A stretch of DNA of 59,846 nucleotides, filler included. It is 4 parts of 4 records of this genome, joined end to end, with 100 filler letters (N's around TTAATTAATTAA, not from the genome) between each part and the next. Parts side by side here need not be neighbours in the genome. Positions count along the whole stretch, not along the records: positions 1 to 16,502 come from SRR31147125_14457; 3 more parts are not named here. One strand, given 5' to 3'. The notes below the pieces were generated by a model. It had not been told where the DNA came from, did not search any database, and saw nothing but the letters and a program-made list of their open reading frames with translations. Made by a program: the position numbers and the translations under genes. Every line of letters begins with the position of its first letter. Positions within the stretch are counted from its first letter, which is position 1. Shown one piece after another: positions 1-11,718 of this stretch.

Positions 1-2520
1 CGCTTTTTTCTTAAAGCAAACTGTTGCATGAGTATTATGAGGTATTTTCAAATCCATTGTAATTAGTTCTGCGTTTCTTTCCCAATTGCACTTAAGTAGA
101 CCGTACATTGTTTTAATCTCTGTCTTTACAAAATCAAATTCTTTTGCGAAAAGGGGAGAAATTACAATATGTTTATATCCTGGTTCTTCTTCATCAATAT
201 TTATCCCGCCTAAAACAGAATACATCCACTCGCCTATTGATCCAAACGCATAATGGTTATACGAACAATTTCTTTTATCATTATCCCAATATTCCCATAT
301 TGTTGTTGCTCCGTTTACAACTTCATAAAGCCATGAGGGACATTCTTGCTGTAATAGTACTTTCATAGCTATATCCTGTTTGCCGTTTTCGCTTAAAGCA
401 TAGCAAAAATAAGGTGTACCCAAAAAGCCGGTATTTATCTTATAGCCATTTCGCCTTATAAGCTCCTCTAATCTGTCAACTGTTTTTTGTCTGTGTTTTT
501 CTTCAACTAAACCAAAATGTAAAGCTAAAACCTGAGCCGTTTGAGTATTATCCGTCACTCGTCCTGTGTTTGTAATAAATTCATTTCTGAATTCTTTTAT
601 AATATTTTGATGCAAAAGATGATATTCATCATAATCTTGTTTTTTGCCCAAAATTCTTGCTGCGCGACTTAATATTTCGGTTGAGTTCGCATAAAAAGCT
701 GTTGCTACAAAATCATGTGATGTTCCTCCAAAAACATTTTCCGTATTTGTATCCAGAGAAAGCCAATCTCCGAAATGAAATCCGGTGTTCCATAAAAACT
801 CGTTTTCCCCTTGCGCTCTTATGTATTCCACCCATGCTTTCATACTATCATATTGTTTTTCTAAAATTGTTTTATCTCCATAACACATGTATAATACCCA
901 TGGAGCTATTACTGCCACATCACCCCACCCTGCAGATGATGGAATTTCCTGACCTGTACCTTCTAGCCATAGTTTTGGGTACATCTCTTTTTCCATAATA
1001 TTGGGTACAACCCACGGAATTAATCCATCTGACTCTTGGTCTGCTTTAACATCGCCCAACCATTTTGTGAAAAAAGATGCACACGCCATATTAAATGCTG
1101 CAGTTTTTATATATATCTGCACATCCCCAGTCCACCCCAATCTTTCGCTTCTTTGAGGGCAGTCTGAAGGGATATCCACAAAATTTCCCTTTTGGCTCCA
1201 CATTATGTTTTCCTGCAGCTTATTTATAAGCTGATCCGATGTTTCAAAACATCCTGTTGTTTCCATGTCCGAATACATCACTAAACCAGTAAATTGATTA
1301 AGATTTGCTTCATAAGGAAACTCTTCAAGGTATATATATCTAAAACCATGGAAAGTAAAACGCGGTTGAAGACAAACAAATCCATCACTGCTAAGTATAT
1401 ATTCATCCTTTTGCTGAGCATGTACCAGATTATCAAGAGACACATTTCCTTCATCACTCAACACTTCAAAATGCCTTAGTACAATTTTGTCTCCCGCTTT
1501 ACCTTTAACTTCCAACTTAACAATACCCGCAATATTTTGCCCCATATCAACTACAACTTCACCTTTTGGTGTTGTAAAAATTTCTATAGGTTTAATTTCC
1601 TCCATTATCCTTACCGGTGTATTTATTTGTCCAATTAGCTTATTTGGATAATTCTTGCAAATCACAGCCTTCTTCCAATTGCTTCCTTCATAGCCTGGTC
1701 TGTCCCAACCTTCTTTTGCTCGCCGTAAATCCATGTGTTCTCCATGATAGATTTCTGCTGAGAGTATCTCGCTTTCCGACCACTTCCAACTGTAATCTGA
1801 GGCTATTATTTTCGATTCTCCATCTTCATATGTTATATTCAGCTGCACCAAAGCTGCATAATTGTCACCGTATAGATTTTCCTTATTATTCCATGTCATA
1901 TACTTTATACCATCCATCTGCTAGAATTATTCCAACAGCATTTTTTTCTTGGAGCATATTAGTAATATCATAAGTCTGATACTGAATTCTTTTATGATAA
2001 CTTGTCCAGCCAGGAGTAAGATAATCATTGCCTACTTTTTGACCATTTATCCTAAGTTCATAAAGACCAACACCGCTTACATATGCTCGAGCGCTAGATA
2101 CAGTCTTTTTAAGTTCAAATTCTTTTCTAAGAATAGGACATGCAGAAGTTTTGTTGGATGGTTCTATCCATTTAGCAACCCAATCATTTGGGTTCAACAA
2201 ACCTGTTTGCAAATACATAGTTTCACTAACTGCGCTCTCCATGCTGTTTGTGCGTATGTTTACATTCCAATAATAAAAAGTATCCGGCTTAAGTTGAGGT
2301 CCTTCATATTTCACATGCACTGACTGGTCGGATTTTACTTCACCAGAGTCCCACAGCGGACAATCAAAATCATTCTCATCCAAAGATACCTGTATCCTAT
2401 AGGCTTCCTGCATAATATTACGTCCGTCAGACTCGATTTCCCAGCTGAATCTAGGATGCATAATGTCTATCCCTATTGGATTTTTTTGTACTCACATTTC
2501 AAATTTATAATCTTAATCAT
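1..2520 (-). CDS. GH78 alpha-L-rhamnosidase, 3' end runs off the window; apparent frameshifts at ~2484 and ~1904
   Basis: ATG at 2520 behind AAGGAG (MIKIINLKCEYKK..NPIGID). It joins ORF 1886-2461 (PRFSW, LTPGWTSYHKRIQYQTYD), then a frame reading VVDMGQNIAG, FTFHGFRY, GNFVDIPSDCPQRSERLGWTGD, which are GH78 hallmarks. That frame is open at position 1. Confidence 0.9.
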
Positions 2521-2555
2521 AGTTGGTCTCCTTCAATTTAATAATTCTATATTAC

Positions 2556-2590
2556 AAAAAAACAGGCACCTAATGCATTAGTGTCTGTTT
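2556..2590 (-). terminator. Rho-independent terminator after the YesN-like gene
   Basis: Minus strand AAACAGACAC-loop-GTGCCTGTTT followed by a T run. Confidence 0.6.
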
Positions 2591-2619
2591 ACTTTAACTT
2601 GACTTTTAATAACCAATCC

Positions 2620-4275
2620 TTATTTATGCGTTTCCCTGTATTCACTGGGAGTTATCTTTTCATGACGTTTAAAAAATCGTGTAAAGTAAGCATGATCAGA
2701 AAATCCCAAAGCTGAGACAATATCACGTATCTTCATACTATTGCGTTTAAGCATCGTCTTTGCTGTATAAAGCCTTATCTCCGTAACATATTCGCTGATA
2801 CTCTTCCCTGCCTGCTTTTTATAAAGTCTAGAAAGATAAAAAGAATTAAAATGGACATGTTCAGCTATTGCCGTAAGGGATACATCATTGCCCAAATTGC
2901 CCTTAATAAACTCATTAACTTCTAAAACTATATTTTTTTCTTCCTCAGTGTTTTTCTTATACTTAAGCTCAATTATTAGTTTCCCGGCTTGCTTAAAGCT
3001 ATTTTTAACATCATCCCACGATTTGTAAAGATTTATGTTTGTAAAGCTGTCAATATCTACATGATTTTGAATGTCATCCCATAATCCATATAAATTTATA
3101 TACGACATTAATTGAGAAGATATCTTGAAAAAAATATTAATCCCTATACCTGAGTTAATTTCATTTACACTTGCTTTATATATTATGTTATCAATGATAT
3201 CTACATAATTATCATAGTTGTTATTATCTAAACATTCTTCTATAGTATAAATTTCGCTCCCTAGCTGCTCTAGTTTTAATATTTCCTTTTCTCTCCTATT
3301 TTTTTCACCAACAATATATTTTTCATTAATAAGAATCTCTTTATTAAACCCAAATCCATAGTTTAATGCATTTGTGAGTTTGAAATATATTTCAGAGATT
3401 TCCTGCCATCCATAAGGCTTTTTAGACAATGCAAATGAAATTGATTCTTTAAACAGCTCCTTGCAAACAGACTGTACTATCTCCAAAGTACCAGAAACAA
3501 ACGAATGCATATCCATCCATATCTTATCGTTATTTTGTTCATTGTCTTTGGGTTGGATAAAGCATACGACCTCGTTTGACTTATTTATCAGCGAATAAAT
3601 CTTAGTGTTCGTACTTATATATTCCCGAAGCACTTCTTTTATCATGTATATACCGCTGTCACCGCCCTCTCTTTTTGCTTTACAGTTTGAATCTTTCCGA
3701 GCGATAAGTAAAAGCACCGGCATTTTAGCATCAAGTTCAATATTTAGATAATCAAATCTATGCTCTAAATCCATCTTCCCCAGCAAGTTGCCGTTTATAA
3801 GATTTATAAAGAAATCATTACGTATCTGTGGTATTGCATCTTTTAACTGCTTATTTATCTTGCTTAATATTTTTTTATCCTTTTTCTCACTTTCTATAAT
3901 ATTCATTGCTTTTTTTACAGATTTTATAACCATTTCATCTTTGCTGGTTTTTAGTATATAATCAACAGCATGGTTTTGAAGCGCTGTTTTCACATAATTA
4001 AAATTATCATAAGCCGTCAGGAAAATTACTTTGCAGTTTGGCCACTTCTTGACTATTATCCTGTGAAGCTCTATACCGTTTATATCCGGCATCTTAATGT
4101 CCAAGATAAAAATATCTATCCTTACCTTTTCCATTATCTTTATTGCATCATATCCATTGTAAGCAAAATATATTTGAAGCTCTTCACTAAACTCCTCCTG
4201 CATAAGGATGTTTAATCCATCAGCAATATAAGGTTCATCATCAACTAAAAGTAAATTATACATAATTTCCCCCAT
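2620..4275 (-). CDS. YesN-type response regulator (REC + AraC HTH)
   Basis: LLVDDE, LDIKMP, FLTAY receiver motifs; C-terminal YLSRLYKK...LGFSDHAYFTRFFKRHEKITPSEYR. Confidence 0.93.
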   Translation of the reverse strand: MGEIMYNLLLVDDEPYIADGLNILMQEEFSEELQIYFAYNGYDAIKIMEKVRIDIFILDIKMPDINGIELHRIIVKKWPNCKVIFLTAYDNFNYVKTALQNHAVDYILKTSKDEMVIKSVKKAMNIIESEKKDKKILSKINKQLKDAIPQIRNDFFINLINGNLLGKMDLEHRFDYLNIELDAKMPVLLLIARKDSNCKAKREGGDSGIYMIKEVLREYISTNTKIYSLINKSNEVVCFIQPKDNEQNNDKIWMDMHSFVSGTLEIVQSVCKELFKESISFALSKKPYGWQEISEIYFKLTNALNYGFGFNKEILINEKYIVGEKNRREKEILKLEQLGSEIYTIEECLDNNNYDNYVDIIDNIIYKASVNEINSGIGINIFFKISSQLMSYINLYGLWDDIQNHVDIDSFTNINLYKSWDDVKNSFKQAGKLIIELKYKKNTEEEKNIVLEVNEFIKGNLGNDVSLTAIAEHVHFNSFYLSRLYKKQAGKSISEYVTEIRLYTAKTMLKRNSMKIRDIVSALGFSDHAYFTRFFKRHEKITPSEYRETHK

Positions 4276-6019
4276 GATATATTTTTACAGCAACACACAA
4301 GCCACCTAAAAGGCTTTTTGATACATATATTCCACTATCCCAATTATATTTAATTTTGAGCCTCCTGTGCACATTTTCAATTCCTGTAGTTTCACTGTTT
4401 TCACTGGATGTCTCAAGCTTGTTTTGAAGGTTTTCAATCTCCTTATCGCTCATTCCCTCACCATTGTCTTCCACTGTTATTATAATATATTCTTGCGTCT
4501 TTTTTATATCTATCTTTATTTCACCCTTACCGTGGATGTTTTCAAGCCCATGTTCATATACATTTTCAACAATAGGCTGAAGTACCAGGTAAGGCACCCT
4601 GAAACCGCTTACCAATTCCTTATCATAGTTTAAATCAAGGCTTATACGATTTTTAAAACGAACAGATTGTATTTTAATGTAATTTATACAGTGCTGGATT
4701 TCGTCTGTCAGGTCTATCTCGTTTGCTTCACTGTTATTTATATACTTGTAGTAATTGCTTAAGAGGTTAACAAACTCTGCAATACTTTTAGAGTCATCTA
4801 TTTTTGCCATTCTATATATTATATAGAAACTGTTATAGAGAAAATGGGGATTTATCTGATATTGTAGTTGCTTTAAAATAGTGCTTTTAAGCCGTATCTC
4901 ATTTTCATATTCATCAGTTATCAGCTTTTTCAACTTAGCTATCATGTTGTTAAATTGCAGATATAAATAGCTGAATTCACTTGCAGACTTATCATCAATA
5001 CGTACTTCGAGCTTACCTGTCTCAAGCACCTTAAATGCGTTTATCAGCCTATCAAGAGGAGTCTTAAACATGCTGTATATCCAATATGATATGGCGAACA
5101 AAAAGGACGCAGCTATAATGAAAAGCAACACAATAATATTTTTATAGTGGGATAAGGGCTCTAGAAGATCATCTTCTGAAAGGTAGTAAAACATCTTCAT
5201 ATCCAAGGTTTCAAGCTCTCCATAAAACAAAAAATAATTTGTTTTGTTATACTCAAACTCAATTGGTAGGTTCTCTTGCAAACTAATACTTTTATCAAGG
5301 ATAACACTTCCAATTATATCTTCTGTGTTTTGCCCAGAAGCTATATTCCAGCCATATTGTGAACTTAACAACAGAACATTTGCTTCATGTTCTCCTGTAA
5401 TATTTGAAATGTATTGCTGAACAGTATCATGCGATAACTTAATGGACATATTATAAGCTATGGGCTTTACATTCTTGCCATAGCTTGCAGGATAAATAAT
5501 ACTTAAATAGTACTCCCCCCGATATTCAATTATCGGAGCATCTATATAAGAATTAAACTTGCTTAAATCTTCAAACTCATATAAAACAATGCTAGAAATG
5601 CCACTTTTAGTATTTATAGTTTTACTGATTGCCGGTATGTGAACTCGCACCTCATCAATAAGCGAACTTGAGCTCTTTAACACCATAAGCTTTTCCAACA
5701 CATCCTTCATAGATGCTTGCTTTTCATAATTACTCATGGTTTGTGCAGCGACACTAAGCATCTGCAAATCCCCATCGTTTAAATACTCTTTTTGAGTATT
5801 TAATATGCGTGAAATCTCATCTTCAAACTCTACAGCAAAGTATTCAAGCTTTGAGTATTCCGACTTAATAATTTCATTGCGAACATTCTTTAATGCAATA
5901 ATATTATAAACAATAAGTACTGATGAAAACGCAGTAAGCAATATAAATAGAGCCAGAAAGATTTTGATATATATTGATATGCTAACCGACCTTTTTGTGT
6001 TATCTGCTGTTTTTTCCAT
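4256..6019 (-). CDS. YesM-type sensor histidine kinase
   Basis: Two TM segments, HAMP, LQYQINPHFLYN H-box, LQPIVENVYEHG, VEDNGEG, TGIENVHRRL. Confidence 0.93.
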   Translation of the reverse strand: MEKTADNTKRSVSISIYIKIFLALFILLTAFSSVLIVYNIIALKNVRNEIIKSEYSKLEYFAVEFEDEISRILNTQKEYLNDGDLQMLSVAAQTMSNYEKQASMKDVLEKLMVLKSSSSLIDEVRVHIPAISKTINTKSGISSIVLYEFEDLSKFNSYIDAPIIEYRGEYYLSIIYPASYGKNVKPIAYNMSIKLSHDTVQQYISNITGEHEANVLLLSSQYGWNIASGQNTEDIIGSVILDKSISLQENLPIEFEYNKTNYFLFYGELETLDMKMFYYLSEDDLLEPLSHYKNIIVLLFIIAASFLFAISYWIYSMFKTPLDRLINAFKVLETGKLEVRIDDKSASEFSYLYLQFNNMIAKLKKLITDEYENEIRLKSTILKQLQYQINPHFLYNSFYIIYRMAKIDDSKSIAEFVNLLSNYYKYINNSEANEIDLTDEIQHCINYIKIQSVRFKNRISLDLNYDKELVSGFRVPYLVLQPIVENVYEHGLENIHGKGEIKIDIKKTQEYIIITVEDNGEGMSDKEIENLQNKLETSSENSETTGIENVHRRLKIKYNWDSGIYVSKSLLGGLCVAVKIYHGGNYV

Positions 6020-6024
6020 ATTTT

Positions 6025-7283
6025 CTACGCCGTAATAATAAGTCCTTTTGTGTTATATTTTTTTAATTCACTCAATTCAGGATTTTCCGCAAAATGTTTT
6101 AGCATCACAAGAGGTTCTGATTGGGATAAATTTTCTATTATAACACCTTGCTTTGCAATGTCGGAAGTTACAAAGTACTCATCGTAGGTAAGTTGTCCAT
6201 ATCGTATCACTGTGGGAGTTTCTAATTTATGTACACCCATTATACCATAGCCCTGAAGCAGTATCAAACCGTAGGCCGCACCATCTCGTATATTAACTTT
6301 TTGACCGGGAAGCACAGTCAATCTCTTCGCACTCACAGCATCGCACTTATAACATATCCACTCTTGTATATATCCCTCCATTTCTTCTAGAGGTTCGCAC
6401 GGAATAGGAGCCATAAATCTGTTTTCATAAAATTTAGGATCTATATTAATTCCCCAATCTATAACATCAATTAAATAATCAAAGTTTCCAAATTTATCTT
6501 CAGGTGTGTTCTTCCACAAAAGTTCTGAAGGAACACAATGACCTCCATCCAATACAGATTGATACATCGCATATACATCCGATGCTACTTGAGGTTCATA
6601 TGTACAAAGACTGCCTGGCGCATGCAAAACGCCCGGCGGTACATCAAATCCAGTATCTAATGCAAGAGAGTAACACCTAGATAAATCTAAGATTTTATTA
6701 TCGCCTTTTGTGAAATTCATCAAACATTCTTTCACTTGATCTTTAGTGGTACCTGGATTAAGCCCAAAAAAAGTATAGCCGAATTCGCCTGGATGATTAT
6801 TATATTGGGAAGGATAGTAATACATTTCCGGCTTGCCCTTCTCGCCTACCATAGCCGCATGTTTATCATCATGGTGTATATGAAAAGGAAGAGGCCAAGA
6901 TTGTCGAAAAACTTAGAGTACATAGGCCATTTTTTATGCTTTTCCCATATATCATCACCAATAGCTTGACCTTTGAGGTGATCAATCATTTCAATAAGAG
7001 TCACTTTTTCTTTGCCTTTGCTATCTGAGACAACATAACTTAATCCTTCGTCTTCAGGCGTATTGGATTCATTATCTGCACGGGTTGTAGAAGAAAGCCA
7101 TCTTTCATCTATTCCTCCCCTTTCAATACCCAGCGTATAATAATCCTCATTATGCAGACGAATCCTTTTTCCAGGTCTGCAAAAAGCTCGCGGTACCCAA
7201 GAGGGTGCTAGTCTCAATATTCCTTTTCCTTTTTCTATAGTTCTTTCTATCAGAGATACTTTATTCATTGTATTCCCCTTCAT
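6025..7283 (-). CDS. Phosphomannose-isomerase-like bicupin, split by one frameshift at ~6895
   Basis: ORFs 6846-7283 and 6025-6852 join with one added C to give KFFDNLGPLPFHIHH...GKPEMYYYP; downstream VPPGVLHAPG and YEPQVASDV cupin motifs. Confidence 0.75.
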
Positions 7284-7596
7284 CTATAAATTGATTTGTG
7301 TCAATCTCTTTCAGATCGCATACTTTTACAGTACCTGCAATTTTAAACCAAACATTTCTCACGTACTCCTCATGCAGAGGATGCGAGTTGTAGTTTTCAT
7401 AAGTTTTTATGTCATTAAACTCCATATAGATATAGTAGGTATTTTCGTTTTTAATAGCTTCATATATATGAAAATTCTGCACGCCATCTATTTGAGGAAG
7501 CATCCTTACTGTTTCTCGCAGAAAAAGTTGTAATTCTTTAAAGCTTGCTTCCTTTTTAGGACATAATGAAAAAAAATGTACTATTTTCTCATTCAC
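7261..7596 (-). CDS. Dabb family (stress-responsive alpha/beta barrel) protein
   Basis: IVHFFSL...IDGVQNF...MEFND...YNSHPLHEEYVRNVW pattern. Confidence 0.7.
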   Translation of the reverse strand: MNEKIVHFFSLCPKKEASFKELQLFLRETVRMLPQIDGVQNFHIYEAIKNENTYYIYMEFNDIKTYENYNSHPLHEEYVRNVWFKIAGTVKVCDLKEIDTNQFIDEGEYNE

Positions 7597-7600
7597 TTAA

Positions 7601-8563
7601 TTAACCTTCCAAATATTTAATATCGTCCTGTGTAAGTTTCAAGCCCACATTCTGCAAAAGAAGTTTCATCTGTTCGCAATTTTCAAACCCTGCTGTTGGA
7701 ATAACGGTAAATTCTTGGTTCATAAGATATGATAATATAACGGTAGGTATAGTAGTATCATATTTTATTGTAATCTCCTTTATCTTTTTATAGCGCATCC
7801 TATTTGTGTCATTGTCATATTTATCCATCACTTCTCTCGGGATATCTGAAACATTATTTTTGTCTAGCAAAGAGAAATATCCATTTGCCTGTGATGAATA
7901 AGGTACTGCTGCAATTTTCGTCCTAGTGTGTAACTCCTTCATAGAACCAGTCATTTTTTTCATGTTTTTATCAAACATTGCTTCCCTGTTCGGCTCTGCT
8001 ATGCTCCACATCATTTGGTTTGCAACAAAACCATCCGCTTTATTAATTTTGGCATATTCTAGCGCTTCTCTGATTCTCTTTGCGCTCCAATTGGAACAAG
8101 CATAGTACCGTATCTTGCCTTCTTTAACAAACCTCTCAAGAATATCTATAATCTCTCCAACACTCCTTGATTCATCATCTCTGTGTAGCCAATATAAATC
8201 TATCGTATTCACGTCCAGGTTGGTGAGGCTTTCCTCCAAGTCATTAATTATCTCTTCCTTAGATAGCCTTAGTTTGTCCATAGTACTCAATTCAGGATGA
8301 GCACCCTTGGTAGTGACAACAATGTCTTGCCTAATACCTTTTTGTTTTATCCACTTTCCTATAGTTTTCTCGCTTAAACTTTCACCACCCGGCATCCATT
8401 TGCCATAGACATTTGCTGAATCTATAAAATTACCCCCCATTTCATAGAATGCATCCATCATTTTAAATGAAGACTTTTCATCGATTGATGCACCCAGATG
8501 TGCACCGCCTAAACATATGGCTGAAACATTTAAATCAGTGTTATTTATTATCTTCTTATTCAT
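7601..8563 (-). CDS. Aldo/keto reductase
   Basis: GGNFIDSANVYG, VVTTKG, IDLYWLHRDD, GKIRYYACSNW. Confidence 0.93.
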   Translation of the reverse strand: MNKKIINNTDLNVSAICLGGAHLGASIDEKSSFKMMDAFYEMGGNFIDSANVYGKWMPGGESLSEKTIGKWIKQKGIRQDIVVTTKGAHPELSTMDKLRLSKEEIINDLEESLTNLDVNTIDLYWLHRDDESRSVGEIIDILERFVKEGKIRYYACSNWSAKRIREALEYAKINKADGFVANQMMWSIAEPNREAMFDKNMKKMTGSMKELHTRTKIAAVPYSSQANGYFSLLDKNNVSDIPREVMDKYDNDTNRMRYKKIKEITIKYDTTIPTVILSYLMNQEFTVIPTAGFENCEQMKLLLQNVGLKLTQDDIKYLEG

Positions 8564-8573
8564 AAATATTCTC

Positions 8574-10628
8574 CTATTCGACTTCTATTTCTATCATTTC
8601 AAATATATCAAGCTTTGAAAGTGTAAAATTAATTTTATTTTCTTCTCTTGTATAATTTAGATTTGAGCCTTTAGGCAGCAATCTAACAGCTTTAGCAATT
8701 TTCTGTAAATTCAATTCAATATTTATATCATAAACGGGAATCGGCGGCATATTTTGCTGAGCGTTAAGCACGCTTACTGTATAGCGATAATTTTCAGGTT
8801 GATAGTGAACAATTATCTCCACAGGCTTTGGCGCATCCGATTCAAAAACAAATGGTTTTTTAGTAAGAGATTTTATCAGTCTGACAAATACATCACGATG
8901 CGGCTGTGTTGAGCTTTTTTCAAGAGCTGCAGGAGACCATATTACTTTACCCAAGCCGTACTTTTTTCTTATTATTGCTGGGTAATCGGTGGATTTACCT
9001 GGCGGATTAGAATGTATGGATGCAAACTTGCAGTCATTAGGATTAGTATAAGGCAGCATTATTTTTGCAAGAACCTCATCTTCATTCAATCCATCACCTT
9101 CCATTATTACCTGGGCAGACTCAAACATTAACGGACTATCCAAATTTATTCCTTCAAAATAAGCTATGCCACTTTCTGCAGGAACCATATACGTAACATT
9201 TTCTTTTGTTATTCCCGATACATACATTCCAGTAAGTTCTTTTAAAAGCTCCGGTAGATTTCCTCCGCTAATATATAAGCTTCCGCCCCTTTTAACAAAA
9301 TCTAATAAGGCCTTTCTCTCATTTTCACTAATAATTTTTACATCAGGCATCATAATAATCTGATATTCGTCAAGAATTTCAAGATTATTTTTAGTTAGAA
9401 CCCAAAATGGTATGTTGTTTTCCTTCATTACACGTGTCGCACTGTGCAAACCGTCCAAGTGAGGCTTAAGTCCAGGCTTATAGAATGCACTCAGCTTAGA
9501 AAAATCTGTATCGCTTTCCTCATAGTCGGATTCCATGCTAAGATATAACCCAACATCTTTTTGAGATATTCCACCCGCATACTTTTCATAGCTTTCAATT
9601 TTTTGAAATACTTCACCCATCATCTCATATACTTTTGGATTCAAAGTGCCTTTTGGGTCTATAGCATCAATAAATAAAAAGGCTCCGTTATGTACAAGCG
9701 AATAAAAAGCATTAAGCTCCAATAGCTCCTTTGGTTTTGTGGTTGTGTGATTGGCAAGCTCAGGATCACATCTTGATGTCATATATTCAAACGGTTTATT
9801 AGGCGTTATCGCATCAAAGTACTTACATGTAAGTGACTGTTCTATCGGTTCGCCGTAAATATCTCCGCCTATATAATCATTCGCATTTACTGTTTCTATT
9901 GAGCATGCCATTCTCCAATCGATAAGTCTAAATGGAGAGCTGTTATGTTCAACAGTGATTTCAGGGTCATACTTTTTTGCAGTGTCGTATGCAAACTTCG
10001 CGAACTCAGTTACCCATTTTTTGCGTATGTCCTGATATTCCACCCAATCTGGATTATTCCAGTTTACTTCTGTAGGGATTACATCTTTTCCTGTTTCTTT
10101 TTTGTATTTATCTACACAGTTTTTGCAATAGCAAGGTCCTCCGCTAGATGCCATGTCAAAAAAAATGCCTTCTCCGCCATAGCGTGTAATTATCTCTTTT
10201 ACTTGAGTGTCCACAAACTCTCTATATCCAGGTGAGTTTATACAGCATGTTCCCATTCTGCTATTAAGCTCTTTTTGGTATTCTCCATCAGGTCCGCTCT
10301 GTCTCCAATCGGGGTGTTGTTTATACGCCCAGTTATTAAAGATAAGACTGTAGTATAAAATGATGTCCATCCCATAAGCTCGGCAAAGCTCAATCACCTT
10401 GCCCATTTTTTCTCCCCTCATCTGTTCATGTTCATATCCAATTTCTGTCGGATAATAGCAGTAACCCACATGTGAATTAAGATACACCATGACTGATTTA
10501 ACATTTGCAGTTTTCATAAGACCCGCATATTCTTCAGCATCAAATTTTGATAAAAATTCCGGGTCCCAGTTTTCTATGTGCATATCTACAAGATTTCTCC
10601 TGTAGCTTCGTTTATACCATTGATTCAT
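8574..10628 (-). CDS. GHL6/GH151-like glycoside hydrolase (TIM barrel + GH42-type trimerisation domain)
   Basis: RRNLVDMHI, SHVGYCYYPT, GIFFDM, CYCKNC Zn motif, PFEYMTSR, AFLFIDAIDP; GATase-like middle domain. Confidence 0.7.
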   Translation of the reverse strand: MNQWYKRSYRRNLVDMHIENWDPEFLSKFDAEEYAGLMKTANVKSVMVYLNSHVGYCYYPTEIGYEHEQMRGEKMGKVIELCRAYGMDIILYYSLIFNNWAYKQHPDWRQSGPDGEYQKELNSRMGTCCINSPGYREFVDTQVKEIITRYGGEGIFFDMASSGGPCYCKNCVDKYKKETGKDVIPTEVNWNNPDWVEYQDIRKKWVTEFAKFAYDTAKKYDPEITVEHNSSPFRLIDWRMACSIETVNANDYIGGDIYGEPIEQSLTCKYFDAITPNKPFEYMTSRCDPELANHTTTKPKELLELNAFYSLVHNGAFLFIDAIDPKGTLNPKVYEMMGEVFQKIESYEKYAGGISQKDVGLYLSMESDYEESDTDFSKLSAFYKPGLKPHLDGLHSATRVMKENNIPFWVLTKNNLEILDEYQIIMMPDVKIISENERKALLDFVKRGGSLYISGGNLPELLKELTGMYVSGITKENVTYMVPAESGIAYFEGINLDSPLMFESAQVIMEGDGLNEDEVLAKIMLPYTNPNDCKFASIHSNPPGKSTDYPAIIRKKYGLGKVIWSPAALEKSSTQPHRDVFVRLIKSLTKKPFVFESDAPKPVEIIVHYQPENYRYTVSVLNAQQNMPPIPVYDINIELNLQKIAKAVRLLPKGSNLNYTREENKINFTLSKLDIFEMIEIEVE

Positions 10629-10642
10629 CGGTTTCTCCTTAG

Positions 10643-11718
10643 CTAGTAATTTAGTTTTGGATTAGGAATGTATGTTTCGATATCAGCAAGCTCCTTTTCC
10701 ATCCTGAGAAGCAAATTGTCCTGTACTTTGTCAATCGGTATATCTATTCTAGTATTATTTAGTGCACTCTGATAAATGGCTTCCAGTATCTCATACCCAT
10801 GGTAGCTAATATTTACATTGCACGGATGTACATTTTTTTCGTCATCCATCCACAAAGCAAAATCTTTTATATAGTCTGATTGCATGCTATCCATATAAGA
10901 TACCCAATCTGCAAACTGTCCTTGCTCCATTTCTCCTTTTGGTTCTATCTTCTTCCATGCACCATTTGCTTCCGCCCAGACAAATCCATTTTCACCATAT
11001 ACAGTTAGTCTGTCGTCCAGCCAAAATTCATCGTCTGAAAGATTTTGTTCGGACAAATATCCGCTTTCAAGATATATTCTGGCTCCGCTTTCAAGTAATA
11101 TTACAGCACTTGTATAGTCTGGGGAAGGGTGATTGCTTTTAAGCTTGCTTTTCCCATTTATATGCCCCGCCGCCCATTTAGCCTGCGCTCCATCCGCCGC
11201 CCAAAGAGCATAGTCAATATAGTGAGTGGCAAGCTCTGCCGCCCATGCGCGTGTGTTTATATGTATCTTTTTAACTTGACCTATACTTTTTGAATCAATG
11301 GTTTCTTTCAGCCTTCTCATAGACGGTAGGTATTTATGCTGGTGACAAACCGTAAGTTTTATACCCTTTTCCATGCAAAGATTACGTATGGCTCTTGCTT
11401 CACTCAGAGAATTAGCCATCGGTTTTTCTATCAATATACCCTGTACACCATATTTCGCTCCTAATTCAACCAAATTAAGGCGTACATCAGGGGGTGTAAC
11501 AAAGCAAAAAACATCCGGTTTAGTTTTTTTAGCATCTCCTCAGCATCTGAGAATAAGGCAGTCTCTATTTCATACCGCCTTACTGCATCATTCATTCTAT
11601 CTCTATTTAAATCACAGAGTCCTACATACTCAAATCTGTCAGAATTAGAAAGAAAGCCTTTTATATGCACTTTTCCTCTTTCTCCGCAACCAACTTGAGC
11701 CAATTTATATTTCTTCAT
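10643..11718 (-). CDS. Gfo/Idh/MocA oxidoreductase, frameshift in T8 run at ~11526
   Basis: MKKYKLAQVGCGERG Rossmann start; the other frame reads KPDVFCFVTPPDVR..IEKPMA..THYID. Confidence 0.88.

Noticed and set aside
144-2323. Plus-strand ORFs over the rhamnosidase, and similar short antisense ORFs throughout the window
   Set aside because: Shadow frames of well-supported opposite-strand genes, with no motifs
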